Source of the DNA: Candidatus Latescibacterota bacterium
Lineage (GTDB): Bacteria; Latescibacterota; UBA2968; UBA8231
DNA: 64,000 nt
Direction of reading: 5' to 3'
Assembly: GCA_965243025.1 (NCBI GenBank)
Contig: CBDETY010000003.1
Coordinates: 5,376,001 to 5,440,000 of the forward strand
Below are positions 41,739 to 52,229 of the stretch, one piece after another. Under the pieces are notes generated by a model. The model saw only the letters and a program-made list of their open reading frames with translations, searched no databases and was not told the origin of the DNA. The stretch's first letter is position 1; every line of letters starts with the position of its first letter. Made by a program: the position numbers and the translations under genes.

Positions 41739-44117
41739 TTACTCCACCGTCAGGGGCAGCGTCCCGGAGACCTCCGCGGGGGGCATGCAGCGGCTGTCGT
41801 CGCAGGCCTGGTACTGCAGCAGCAGCCGCAGCTCCCCGGAGGCGCCGGCAGGGGCTCCGGCTTCTACCGTCCCGGCAAGCGCGGTTCCCCCGTCGTAGAC
41901 CGACAGGGTCTCACCGAGGGCCTCGAGAAACAGCGGCCGCCCCGGTGGGTAGTCGACCGAGGCGAGCCGCACTGGCAGGTCGGAGTTGGCGATCAGCGAG
42001 GTCGGTATCAGCCAGTCGTGGGAGGCGGGGTTCGAGTTGACGTGCCAGCCTTCGGCCAGGCGCAGCACGAGCCGGAAGCCGGCGCTGCCGCCGGGATTCA
42101 ACAGCAGCTCCGCCGGGGACGTCTCCAGCGCGAGGATTTCCGGTTTGAGGGGCGCCTCGCCAGGGTCGGGACCGCCGCGCCCCGGGAGCTCCCGACCCGG
42201 TGGGACTGCGGCTTTCCGGTCCCCGGTCAGGTAGTCGGCGGCCGCGGCCGCCAGGTGGGTATACGCCGCAGGGCTGGAGACCGCCGCTCCGGCGAAGAGG
42301 CGGAGGATCCCGGCGGCATGATCCCTGTAGGAAGAGTCCCCGGTCGTCCCCGCCAGCTGCAGGAGGCAGACCGCGGCCACGGCGTTGGGCGACGGCAGCG
42401 CCGAGTCGGTGCCGGTGGTGCTGCGCGCGATAAGGTCGGCCCCTCCCTCGGAAAAGAAGAAGCCGCCCCCCTCCGGGTCGCGGAAACGGCCGATCATTTC
42501 GTCGCAGATACCCCGCGCCTCGGCAAGCCACTGCTCCTCGCCGGTCGCCCGGTGAAGGGCGAGCAGGCCTTCGGCGAGGAAGGCGTAATCCTCGAGGAAG
42601 GCGCGCTGTTTCGCGGTCTCGTTGCGGTACACCCTCTTCAGCTCTCCGGACTTCGAGCGCATCCGCTCGAGCAGGAAGCGGGCGGCCTTTTCGGCGCGAA
42701 GCCGGTAGCGGGAGTCGTCGAAGGCCGCCGCGGCCTCGGCGCAGGCGGCGATCATCATGCCGTTCCAGGAGGTGATGATCTTGTCGTCGAGGAGGGGATA
42801 CTCCCGTTCGTCCCTGGCCTTGCGCAGGGAGGTGCGCAGGGGTTCGAGGCGCGCCTCCAGGTCTGCCTCGGACCACCCCCTTGCAGCGGCGATGCGGCCG
42901 GCGTCGCCGCGCCGGAACACCACCTCCTCATCCCCCTCAGGCATCGGCGCGAGCCCGTGGATCTCGAAGAACAGACCCACCTGCTCCGGTCCCAGGAGAT
43001 CGCGGATCCCCGCCTCGGTCCAGATGTAGTACTTCCCCTCGACGGTTTCGGTCTCGGCGTCGAGAGCGGAGTAGAAGGGGCCCTCCGGGGAGGTCATCTC
43101 CCTGTCGACGAAGCGGAAGATGTCCTCGGCCACGAGGCGCCAGCGTTCGTCGCCGGTCAGGGAGAAGGCGCGGGTGTAGAGGCGGGCGAGCTGCGCCTGG
43201 TTGTAGAGCATCTTCTCGAAGTGGGGGACGCGCCAGCGCGCGTCGGTGGCGTAGCGGTGGAAGCCGCCGCCGACCTGGTCGTAGATCCCCCCGTCCGCCA
43301 TCGCCCGCAGCGTGTGGTCGACGACGGCGGCCGCTTTTGGGCGCCGCCCGGCCACCCACGGATGCATAAGGAACTCGAGGTCGATGGAGGGCGGAAACTT
43401 GGGGGCGCCGCCGAAGCCCCCGTTGGCGCCGTCGTAGCGGCCGAGAATCGCGTCGGCCGCGGCGAGGACGAGGGTGGTGTCCGGATCCCGGGGGGGAGCC
43501 GGGCCCGCCGACAGCCTTGCCCGTATCGCCGCGGCGACCTCGGCAGCGGTACCGTCGACCCGCTCCCTGCTGTTGAGCCAGTGGTGGCGGAGGTTGCGCA
43601 GCAGGGACGGAAAGCCGGGGCGGCCGTAGCGGTCCTCCGGCGGGAAGTAGGTGCCGGCGTAGAAAGGCTCGAGATCCGGCGTCATGAAGACCGAGTTCGG
43701 CCACCCGCCGTGGCGGGTCATCAGCTGGGTGGCCGCCATGTAGATCCGGTCGATGTCGGGGCGTTCCTCGCGGTCGACCTTGACGTTGACGAACCACTGG
43801 TTCATCAGGGCGGCGATCTCCGGGTCGGCGAAAACCTCCCGCTCCATCACGTGGCACCAGTAACAGGTGCTGTACCCGACCGAGAGAAAGATCGGCAGGT
43901 CCTCGCGCCGCGCCCTGGCGAACGCCTCCTCCCCCCAGGGGTACCAGTCGACCGGGTTGTGGGCGTGCAGCAGCAGGTAGGGGCTGGTCTCCCCGGCGAG
44001 GCGGTTGGAATGCGAAGTGTCGGAGGGGGCGTTTCCCGCCGCCGAACTGCCCGGGGTCAGGCAGAGCAGGGCGGATGCCAGGCAGGCAGCGGGAAAGAGC
44101 CCTGAGAGGCGGGACAC
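41739..44117 (-). CDS. YyaL/DUF255 thioredoxin-domain protein with a C-terminal DsbD-N-like domain
   Basis: [44 protein letters not shown]; C-terminal GWHVN and YQAC....C.PP; start approximate. Confidence 0.85.
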   Translation of the reverse strand: MSRLSGLFPAACLASALLCLTPGSSAAGNAPSDTSHSNRLAGETSPYLLLHAHNPVDWYPWGEEAFARARREDLPIFLSVGYSTCYWCHVMEREVFADPEIAALMNQWFVNVKVDREERPDIDRIYMAATQLMTRHGGWPNSVFMTPDLEPFYAGTYFPPEDRYGRPGFPSLLRNLRHHWLNSRERVDGTAAEVAAAIRARLSAGPAPPRDPDTTLVLAAADAILGRYDGANGGFGGAPKFPPSIDLEFLMHPWVAGRRPKAAAVVDHTLRAMADGGIYDQVGGGFHRYATDARWRVPHFEKMLYNQAQLARLYTRAFSLTGDERWRLVAEDIFRFVDREMTSPEGPFYSALDAETETVEGKYYIWTEAGIRDLLGPEQVGLFFEIHGLAPMPEGDEEVVFRRGDAGRIAAARGWSEADLEARLEPLRTSLRKARDEREYPLLDDKIITSWNGMMIAACAEAAAAFDDSRYRLRAEKAARFLLERMRSKSGELKRVYRNETAKQRAFLEDYAFLAEGLLALHRATGEEQWLAEARGICDEMIGRFRDPEGGGFFFSEGGADLIARSTTGTDSALPSPNAVAAVCLLQLAGTTGDSSYRDHAAGILRLFAGAAVSSPAAYTHLAAAAADYLTGDRKAAVPPGRELPGRGGPDPGEAPLKPEILALETSPAELLLNPGGSAGFRLVLRLAEGWHVNSNPASHDWLIPTSLIANSDLPVRLASVDYPPGRPLFLEALGETLSVYDGGTALAGTVEAGAPAGASGELRLLLQYQACDDSRCMPPAEVSGTLPLTVE

Positions 44118-44413
44118 CAGGCCCGAATCGGTGGAGACAGTCAATCGAAGCTGTCGGTCAAGGGTGGTTGGCGGGAATGCCCGTTCAATCCGGTACCGGG
44201 TCTTCGGCCCGGCGCAATCAGGATCACAGGGGTGCGCGTTGCTCCATCGCTTCCCGGGGACCGGGCCCCATGGTTTCGGTGGCGAGGTGATCCCTCCGCG
44301 GTCGCGGCGGACCGTCCACTCCTTCTGCTGGGAATCGCGGCTGCTGGGGACGGTCGGTAGCGGGTGTGCTTTATATGCGGCGCTTACGTCAAACTTTGGG
44401 GGAAGATATGCCA

Positions 44414-44500
44414 TTATCCAGTTTTTTTTACTGGCCCGACGAAATCGTTCGGCTCCGGGTAGCTGACCGGTATCGCTTCGACCTTGGTGATCTTCAACAC
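44414..44500 (-). pseudogene. N-terminal remnant of a mandelate racemase/enolase-superfamily gene
   Basis: [19 protein letters not shown], then truncated. Confidence 0.5.
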
Positions 44501-44519
44501 GACCTCACAGTCACCGATG

Positions 44520-44690
44520 GGGTGGCCGGCGCCGGCGCCGTTGGAACAGCTCGAGGGTGATGCCGTCCGGGTCCCGAGGTAGCAGGCCTTGGCCCCTGCG
44601 TCGGGGCCGACGGTGACCGCAGCCGGGCCGGGACGTTCGCCGAGCTCGTCGACGCCTGTCGGGAGGAGAGCTTCCGGCACAGGCCAGTCA
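44520..44690 (-). pseudogene. C-terminal remnant of a VOC/glyoxalase gene (frameshifted)
   Basis: VTVGPDAGAKACYL / DPDGITLELFQR across a frameshift; resembles the VOC protein at 48142. Confidence 0.5.
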
Positions 44691-44699
44691 CCCACACCT

Positions 44700-44945
44700 G
44701 CCAGCGCGAATATAGTCTCCCGGGTAATGCCCTCCAAGATGTTGGCGTACGGGGTGAGCAGGGTGCTGTTACGTAGCGCAAAGACATTTATATCGGGCTG
44801 CCTCGGCTGCATAGCCGTTCACATATAGGTAAATACCGTCGTCAGCTCCTGCCTGGTTTGCCTCCATGCGCATCACCAGATTCAGAAAATTCAAGCTCTT
44901 TACCTTAGAATCGCATGCTCCTTCGATACGCCGGACTTCAATTTC
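44700..44945 (-). pseudogene. Class IV (IlvE-like) aminotransferase remnant
   Basis: KVKSLNFLN..MEANQAGADDGIYL..NGYAAE, frameshift, then NVF..LLTP..NILEGITRETI. Confidence 0.6.
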
Positions 44946-45366
44946 CAGATGCGCCAGTCAGGCCAGTATCGAGGACAGTACACAATCTCGAAGAAGGCAA
45001 GGCCGCTGCTCCGGGAAATTGAAGAAACCCTCCGAGTTGCACAAAAGAAGCCTTGACCTTTTTCGTCTAAAGAGTTTTCGTCTGAAGAGATCGATAATGC
45101 CCGTTGTTTTTCTACACTCGGAGACGAGTCCGTGTTTCACCCGGTACCGGAGGGGCATGCTCCACTTGTCGAAGGGAAAAAAGCACCGCCTCACTGGTGC
45201 GGACATCGGGTCCACCGTTCTTGACTGTTACCGCAGCTCTCCGTGAGTTTGATGTAGCAAAGTTCATCCAGCGATTGTCATGTTCCCTGACTACGAGTCC
45301 AAGTTGACAGGCAAAGCTGTAGGCCTGCGCAGAAGACGCTGCCAAACACCGTTCGGAGTATGAGCC

Positions 45367-46515
45367 ATGGCCTCCCCAGGCATCACTCGCATCGAGAACG
45401 TGTTCTTCGGATATGACGTTCAGGACCTCGGAAGAGACTACAACGGGTTCAACCAGGTCTACGAGAAAGGCGCTGTGGCGAAGTCGTCGGCATGCGTCGT
45501 GCGACTGCACACGAGTATCGGCGTTACGGGCGTCTACAGCGGTCCACCGGTACCGGAGGAAGTGGCGCAGTATCTATTGGGGAGGAACCCGTTCCAGCGG
45601 GAGCGGATCTACAACGATCTCAAGCGCGGGTTGCGGCACACGGACCGCACGGCGATCTGTTCGGTCGACGTGGCTCTGTGGGATTTCGCGGGCAAGGTGT
45701 ACGAGGCGCCGATTCACCAGCTTCTCGGTGGATGGCGAGAGAAGCTGCCGGCCTATGCCTCGACCTATCACGGCGACGACAACGGCGGGCTGAGCACGCC
45801 CGAGCAGTTTTCAGATTTCGCCGAGCAGTGTCTGGAGATCGGCTACAAGGCATTCAAGATCCACGGCTGGGGGAACGGGCCGATGAAGCGGGAAGTAGAC
45901 AACGTGTTGGAGATGGGCAAGCGCGTCGGCGACCGCATGGACTTGATGGTCGATCCGGCCTGTGAATACGAGACCTGGGCCGACGCCCTGCGCATCGGTC
46001 GCGCCTGCGACGAAGCGGGCTTCTTCTGGCTCGAGGATGCCTACAAGGATGGCGGTGTGTCGATTTTCGCCCACCGGAAGCTACGGCAGTTGATCAAGAC
46101 GCCTATCCTGCAGACGGAGCACATCTTCGGGCTCGAGCAGCACGTGGACTTCATCGTCCACGAGGGGACCGATTTCGTGCGCACCGGAGTGTACGAGGAT
46201 GGAGGGATTACCGGCGCCATGAAGGTTGCCCACGCCGCGGAAGGTTTCGGCCTGGACGTCGAATTCCACGGCGGCGGGCTGGCACACCGGCACTGCATTG
46301 CCGCGATCCGCAATACGAACTACTACGAGAACGGACTGCTGCACCCGCTTGTCGAGAGGACGAAGCCGCCGATCCTGCCGCCTGAGTTCAGCGACGAACT
46401 GGAGAATGTGGACGGCGATGGCTGCGTGCCGGTGCCGGATGGCCCGGGGCTGGGGGTAGAGCTCGACTGGGACTACATCGAAGCGAACAAGACGGGGGAG
46501 CAGGTGTTCGAGTAG
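45367..46515 (+). CDS. Mandelate racemase/muconate lactonizing enzyme family protein
   Basis: VDVALWD..GK....PI..LLGG.R...AYAS, FKIH, D/E/E metal ligands and P.GPGLGVE.D. Confidence 0.88.
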   Translation: MASPGITRIENVFFGYDVQDLGRDYNGFNQVYEKGAVAKSSACVVRLHTSIGVTGVYSGPPVPEEVAQYLLGRNPFQRERIYNDLKRGLRHTDRTAICSVDVALWDFAGKVYEAPIHQLLGGWREKLPAYASTYHGDDNGGLSTPEQFSDFAEQCLEIGYKAFKIHGWGNGPMKREVDNVLEMGKRVGDRMDLMVDPACEYETWADALRIGRACDEAGFFWLEDAYKDGGVSIFAHRKLRQLIKTPILQTEHIFGLEQHVDFIVHEGTDFVRTGVYEDGGITGAMKVAHAAEGFGLDVEFHGGGLAHRHCIAAIRNTNYYENGLLHPLVERTKPPILPPEFSDELENVDGDGCVPVPDGPGLGVELDWDYIEANKTGEQVFE

Positions 46516-46610
46516 GTCAGGGCGAGGAAGAGCGAAGGCTTGCGGATGATCGGCAAGGTGTGTCGGGCTCACGAGCAAGGCGCGTCGCGACACTTGACGG
46601 CTTCTAAAGC

Positions 46611-47996
46611 TCAGGCCTTCGCTTCGAGCTTCGGCGGCGGTGGCGTCAGGCGCCCCTCGCTATCGAAGACCCCGATGCGGTAGTTGCCCTGGGGGTTGCC
46701 GCCCTTGTTGTACGAATAATACTCGACGTCCGTGGTCGGCAAACCAAAGCTTCGGGTGACCGCCCGCCCTTCCTCGTCCTCTTCCTCTTGCCACATGCGC
46801 AACCACTTGCGGACCTCCCCGCCGTCCTCGAGCTGCCCGGCCGCAGCCGCTGCCTCCAGGTCGGCCGCAGCCAGCCAGCGGTGTTCCCCGCTGATCTCCG
46901 GCGCGGCACTGTGCAAGTGATGGCCGTACACCCGGGAGCGCCATTCGCCCGCCCCGCCGTCGGGCGCCACACTGGCAACATCTTGCAACCAGCTGAGCCA
47001 TGGCAGCGGCAGGCCCAGCTGGGCCCGCGCCTGGTTCAGCACAGACCCCATCACATTGCAGACATCCAGTATACTGGCGGTTTCGTCCTCCGCCGCCGCG
47101 TACCGCGGCAAGGCCCAGCCGCCCGCCCCGTCGCCCAGCACCAGCACCCGGCCCTCGCTATCTTCGATCAACAACCGTCCCTCGTCGACTCCGCCCACCG
47201 GCACATCGCGCACCTCCGCGTACTCGCCGTCGCCCCGGTGATAGGGCAGCAGGTGCTTGGCCTCCGGGCGCAAGACGCCGTGGGCCGCACTGGGATAGAT
47301 CGTCGGCCCGCAGGCCGGGGGCGAGGATTTGGCGAAGAACTTCATATAGAGGCCACAGCGGTCGGAATCGCCGTAATTGGGCCGGGCCTCGTGCCAGCAA
47401 AAGCCGTGCATCAAGACCACGTCCCCCTTCTTCAGCCCCGGATCGACAAAGTTGGTCTCCGCCGCCACCGGCACTTGCGCCGCGTCCACCTGGTGCACCC
47501 GCCCGTCCGAGGGTAGCACCTTGGTCTTGCGGTGGGAACCGGGGTCCACGCAGAGCGGCCCCACTTCTTCGGTATAGTCGACAAAGGGAATCACCGCGAA
47601 CATCCATTTGACAAAAGAGCCAACACAGCGCCACGGCTTGTAGTCGAAGTGGGCCCCGCTGCCTTTCACAAAAGGCTCGTCCCCGACCCCGGCCCCCGGC
47701 GGCCTCATAATCGACCAATATTGCACCACCGTCGCCGGCTCGCCGAAGAGCTCTTCTATTGCCCCGACGATCCCCGAGTGCGCCAAGCTGATCTCGGCAA
47801 TCTCCGGATGTTCTGCTAATACCCGCGGTCCCATCGAGTAAACCCCCGGCTGCGGATAGGCCGCCTCTGCTTTAAAGTTGTCGTATGTCCCGTTGGCAAA
47901 AGCGGCGCGGATCGGCCCGGCCAAGCGGTCGACTTCATCCTCGGTCAGCGCGCCCCGCAGGACGTAGAATCCATTTTCTTCGAATTCGGTCTGCAC
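46611..47996 (-). CDS. Phytanoyl-CoA dioxygenase (PhyH) family protein with a C-terminal extension
   Basis: FEENGF.VL, HFD (HxD), G.L.V.PGSH, GDV..MH...WH...N.....R. Confidence 0.75.
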   Translation of the reverse strand: MQTEFEENGFYVLRGALTEDEVDRLAGPIRAAFANGTYDNFKAEAAYPQPGVYSMGPRVLAEHPEIAEISLAHSGIVGAIEELFGEPATVVQYWSIMRPPGAGVGDEPFVKGSGAHFDYKPWRCVGSFVKWMFAVIPFVDYTEEVGPLCVDPGSHRKTKVLPSDGRVHQVDAAQVPVAAETNFVDPGLKKGDVVLMHGFCWHEARPNYGDSDRCGLYMKFFAKSSPPACGPTIYPSAAHGVLRPEAKHLLPYHRGDGEYAEVRDVPVGGVDEGRLLIEDSEGRVLVLGDGAGGWALPRYAAAEDETASILDVCNVMGSVLNQARAQLGLPLPWLSWLQDVASVAPDGGAGEWRSRVYGHHLHSAAPEISGEHRWLAAADLEAAAAAGQLEDGGEVRKWLRMWQEEEDEEGRAVTRSFGLPTTDVEYYSYNKGGNPQGNYRIGVFDSEGRLTPPPPKLEAKA

Positions 47997-48141
47997 AGTT
48001 CAATCCACCTTTTGACGTCGTTGCCACTTATGCCCCTTTGAGATCCGCAAGCATTTTTTGCAGATTTGACGCGATAACTTATATGTTATGCAAGCTAGCG
48101 CCATGACGACCAGGGACCGAAGACGGAAAGTAGGCGCGGGT

Positions 48142-48621
48142 ATGATCCAAGGCATTCACCACACGAGTTTCACGGTGAGCGATCTGGACGCGGCCGAGCG
48201 ATTCTTTGTTGGTCTGATCGGCATGCAGCGTATCGGCGGCGGGGTCTATGATTTCGACTATGTGCGGCGCAGTGTGGGCTATCCGGACGCGACGATGAAC
48301 ATAGCAGTCCTGGCCTTCACGGATCACCAGGCCGGCGAACCCGTGCTGGAGCTGATTCAGTACGTCCAACCCGCCGGCGAGCCGACGGACACAGCCAAGA
48401 ACCGGCCGGGCAACGCCCACGTGTGTTTCGTCGTTTCCGATATCGAGGCGGAAGTCCAACGCCTTCAGGCCGCGGGCGTGGCGTTCAAATCCCCCACCCC
48501 CAATGAAGTTACCTGGGGCATCAATAGGGGCGCCAAGGCGATCAACTTCAACGGACCCGACAACATCGCGCTGGAGCTTTTCGAGCCGGCGCCTGCCACC
48601 GCGGAGAGCGCGCATGAGTGA
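48142..48621 (+). CDS. VOC/glyoxalase family protein
   Basis: IHHTSFTVSDLD, LELIQY, G.AHVCF.V.DI and PD....LEL. Confidence 0.85.
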   Translation: MIQGIHHTSFTVSDLDAAERFFVGLIGMQRIGGGVYDFDYVRRSVGYPDATMNIAVLAFTDHQAGEPVLELIQYVQPAGEPTDTAKNRPGNAHVCFVVSDIEAEVQRLQAAGVAFKSPTPNEVTWGINRGAKAINFNGPDNIALELFEPAPATAESAHE

Positions 48622-48651
48622 TGAACCCAGGCAATCCGACATCGGCGTAAA

Positions 48652-50115
48652 TCAGGGCACGTTTGACGAGGTCGCCGGCGCGCGACCGGAACATCCCGAC
48701 AAGCAGGTGCGCATCGAGTGATTGTCGGATCCCCCGACGAAGCCCAGCCGATGCCCTAACCGGAGCGCATCCTGGACGGACGCATTATTGTTCTGGTGCC
48801 ATCCCCGCCAGGCATCATCATATACGTTCTGCTCCTGGTTGCCCCGCGTCTGGAATATTTCAACAAGCCGCAGATACTCCTCGGGGGACTTCCACGGATA
48901 GGGATGCCAATACGGGGTGTCGTCCTCAATCTTGCGAGTCTCAGCGACGCTGTTGGTGTGATGCGGTATCGCAATGAACTGCCGCTTCGCATGAATACCT
49001 CGCAATCGTTCGGCGAGCTCATCCGGCCGCCCGCCCGTGATGCCGGCCTCGTCACCGCATACGAGCGGATGGTCGGGGGCTGTGAAGTAATAGTTCTCAT
49101 GACCGCGGTCTGTACCGTTCTCCCACCCAAGAAAGGTGGCAAACACATCATCCGCGTTGAACTCTTCCAGCGCAGCCACGGTCTCTTCCCACTTCTTATC
49201 CCTTGGATTGTGGTCGCCCGGGGCAACAAAGTCCATGTTGAGCGCATCTCTGGCACACATGAGCGCCTCAAGGATGGAGCGTTGTCCGTCCCCCGAGAAG
49301 TCCGTATGCCAGTGGAACTCACCGAAGGCGGCCCGCAATCCGTCCGGCCCTTCCGCCCAGACAGGATTGCCGGTGACAACGAGGCTGTCGTTCTCTCTAC
49401 GTCCATTGGCAATATTCTCATTGGGAGCTAAGGAGCTCATGGGTACACACACCGTTGCCCTCTCAATTCCTGTGGGTGCTGGAAGGTTGTGCAGCAGCGG
49501 GGCTTGAAGTTCTATGGCCGCTGCCGAGCCCAGCCACGTCAACTCACATGTTTGAGGTCGCACGAAGTGACTCGGGTTACCGAAACGGTCCTCAGGGACC
49601 AGCGCAGTGCGCACTGTGCCGTCAGGGCCCGGCATGGGACGACTGTACACGGAAAGCCGCTCGACTGGTCCGGCAGCAACGGACAGAGAACATTCCGATT
49701 GCCGCTCCTCAACCGGGCAAGGCATGTCTGGTGCGAAGTTGTTCGGGACATCAATGGTCCAGATTGAGAGAATGTTGTCGATTCCAGCCCAAATCGGTGG
49801 GATTACGGTCATCTCGAACGCGATCGGCTTCCCCTGTCGAGCGCCATACGGGAGCCGTGCCCGGAAAAGGACGCGTTCCATATTCTGTCCCAGCTCGGAA
49901 GCGCTGGGAAGGACCTTCCAGCGGAAAGTTACATCAGCTTCCCGAACCAGAAACTTCGCATAGCGCCAGGAGAGGAAGGCGCGCAAGCAATGGCTTCGCA
50001 CCTCAATCTGTGTCCCGGCAACATAGTGCTTCTCAGGTCGCCAGACGATGCGATACGTGAACTGCCTGCTCATCGTGCAGTACGCGTTCGGATTTTCGAC
50101 AATTTCCAGGCTCAC
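48652..50115 (-). pseudogene. DUF3604/PHP-like metallohydrolase, 3'-truncated
   Basis: FGEFHWHT.FS.DG, DF....DH, AIPHH, VEI.Q..G and GFVGGSDNH, after which similarity stops. Confidence 0.6.
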
Positions 50116-50330
50116 CGGGTCCTCCTTGTTCAAGTTCTGGAACACCGAACGTTTAGGATGAGTGGCCCGAAGCAGGCAAACCTGTGGCATCGGTATCATG
50201 CGTCGCGTGCCGGATGGCTAACGGTGCCGGATTGGTCCCTGCCCACTCCATCCTACGGATATTCCCCATATCAAAATATTGGGGTTTAAACTGATTTCAA
50301 CCGCACGGGCAGACGGTGAACCCGCCACGG

Positions 50331-51851
50331 CTACAGCCGTTGTCGCAACTTGCGCGCACGCTCGATCAGCCGCCGGCTGTCCTCGGCCCTGCCCAGCTTT
50401 CTGTAAGCGTCGCTGAGATAGATCAGGGCGCGCTCGTTTTCGGGGTCCAGCTCCAGCGCCCTCTCGTACGCGGCTGCCGCCTCTTCAAAGCGACCCAGCT
50501 TGAAGTGAGTAATCCCGATGCCAACCTGGGCTTCGAAATAGTCCGGGCGCAGCTCGAGCGCCCTGGTAAAATGACCGATCGCCTCCTCTGCCTCGCCCAT
50601 GCGGGCCGTGATCAACCCGAGGCTGCCGAACAGTTCGGGAATGGTGCTGTCGAGGCGGGCGGCGCGCTGAAAGGCCACGCGTGCCGCGGCCAGCTCGCCG
50701 AGGCGGAGGTAGACCTCGCCGAGACGCATATGCCCAACCGGGTCCGTGGGCTCCAAGTCGGCGCTCTTCTGCAAGTACACCGCCGCTTCGGAGAGCCGGT
50801 CCTGCTCGCTGAGAACGAGACCGAGACCGGTGTTGGAATCGCGGTGGTCGGAATCGATCTCGACGGCGCGCTGAAACTCCAGCAAAGCCTGTTCGAGCTC
50901 TCCGGCGAGCATGTGTTTCAAACCGAGGTGGTAGTGGTCTCGCAACGTCCCGATAGAGATCATCGGACCGGCGGGCGGTGTGATCTCGGTATGCAGCCCC
51001 TGCATCTGCCGTCGCAGCTCTTCTGACCTCTTGAGCTCGCGGTGGCCCTCGTCGCGGCGGCCCGTGAACATGTAGAGGTTCCCCAGAATGAGGCGCAGCT
51101 TCGGGGCGCGGGGATTCAGCTCCGCCGCCCTTTCCGTCACCTCGGCGGCTTCCTCGTACCTGCCCAGATCGCGATAAGCCAGTCCGAGCCGGTAGAGGGC
51201 TTCTGCATCAGTAGGCGCAAAGGAAGTGGCTTTGGCGAAGGATGTGGCGGCCTCTTCGGCCAGCCCTCTGTACCTGAGGATGCGGCCGAGCTTCTTGTGG
51301 GCCTGCGCCATCGTCGAATCCACTGACAGGGCGGCGCGGAAGGCATGCTCGGCAAGACGCGTGCTGTCGCGATACCCGTGCATGACCCCGAGGTTGTAGT
51401 GCGGTGAGGCGCGCTCCGGGTCCAGTTCGATCGCATCGCGAAATGCGGCAATGGCGTCTTCGGCGTCCTGTTCCTGGATTTCAGTCCAGGCGCGGGCGGT
51501 GTAGCGGGCGGCGTGGATCGACCCGTGAATCTCGTGCAGGTCGGCGCGTCTGGGCGCCAACGACAGCGCCTTTTCGATGGCGTCGTGCGCCTCGCCGTAT
51601 TTTCCCAACCCCAGCAGAGTTCTCGCTAGGTAGCTGTAGGTGACGTAGTGATTGCCGCCGGCGCTCTCGGCAGTGCGCAGGGCTTGCAGGGCAGCGGACA
51701 GGTCGCCGGCAACGAAATAGCGGACGCCGGCCGCCGTGTCCTCGTCAACCTCGGCATCCCCGCACGACAGGCAGATGGAGCACAGGGTCGAAAACAGCAG
51801 CAGTCTGCGGGGCGACAGGGGAGACCGACTACAGGTGTGGGAAACGGACAA
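50331..51851 (-). CDS. Tetratricopeptide repeat (lipo)protein
   Basis: Many A...LG..Y...G...EA......A..L.P repeats; hydrophobic N-terminus ending CLSC. Confidence 0.85.
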   Translation of the reverse strand: MSVSHTCSRSPLSPRRLLLFSTLCSICLSCGDAEVDEDTAAGVRYFVAGDLSAALQALRTAESAGGNHYVTYSYLARTLLGLGKYGEAHDAIEKALSLAPRRADLHEIHGSIHAARYTARAWTEIQEQDAEDAIAAFRDAIELDPERASPHYNLGVMHGYRDSTRLAEHAFRAALSVDSTMAQAHKKLGRILRYRGLAEEAATSFAKATSFAPTDAEALYRLGLAYRDLGRYEEAAEVTERAAELNPRAPKLRLILGNLYMFTGRRDEGHRELKRSEELRRQMQGLHTEITPPAGPMISIGTLRDHYHLGLKHMLAGELEQALLEFQRAVEIDSDHRDSNTGLGLVLSEQDRLSEAAVYLQKSADLEPTDPVGHMRLGEVYLRLGELAAARVAFQRAARLDSTIPELFGSLGLITARMGEAEEAIGHFTRALELRPDYFEAQVGIGITHFKLGRFEEAAAAYERALELDPENERALIYLSDAYRKLGRAEDSRRLIERARKLRQRL

Positions 51852-52108
51852 GCGATCCTCTCGCGACGAGTCGAATAAGATATCTCCAGAATCGCATTCG
51901 CGGAATTGACCGCTCAGGGGCGCCTGGTATGTTCAAAGCATGCGCCGTCTGATGTACCTCAACACACCGCACAAGGGAGGATCTGCCGAGCTTAGGTTTT
52001 GCCGAGCCGGGTCCAGGCCGGCCGCAAAAGCGACGCCCATCATTTCCGCAGTGGCCGTCGCAAGGATACGGTGAAGGCCGTCAGAGGAGCAAGTCCGTGT
52101 ATCCAAAG

Positions 52109-52154
52109 CGATTAGGGCTGGATCTGCCCCTCGATTAGGGCTGGATCTGCCCCT
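52109..52154. repeat. Perfect 23-bp tandem duplication
   Basis: CGATTAGGGCTGGATCTGCCCCT x2, followed by an imperfect pair containing TTGTGAAAGT (52155-52209). Confidence 0.85.
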
Positions 52155-52229
52155 GTGTAGTACGTTGTGAAAGTTATCGGTGTGAAGTACCTTGTGAAAG
52201 TGATGGGTGCCGCTCACTGGAGCCCTTCT

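Noticed and set aside
52109-52209. Short direct repeats as a mini CRISPR array
   Set aside because: Only two adjacent copies, no spacers and no cas genes in the window; the same holds for 62218-62261
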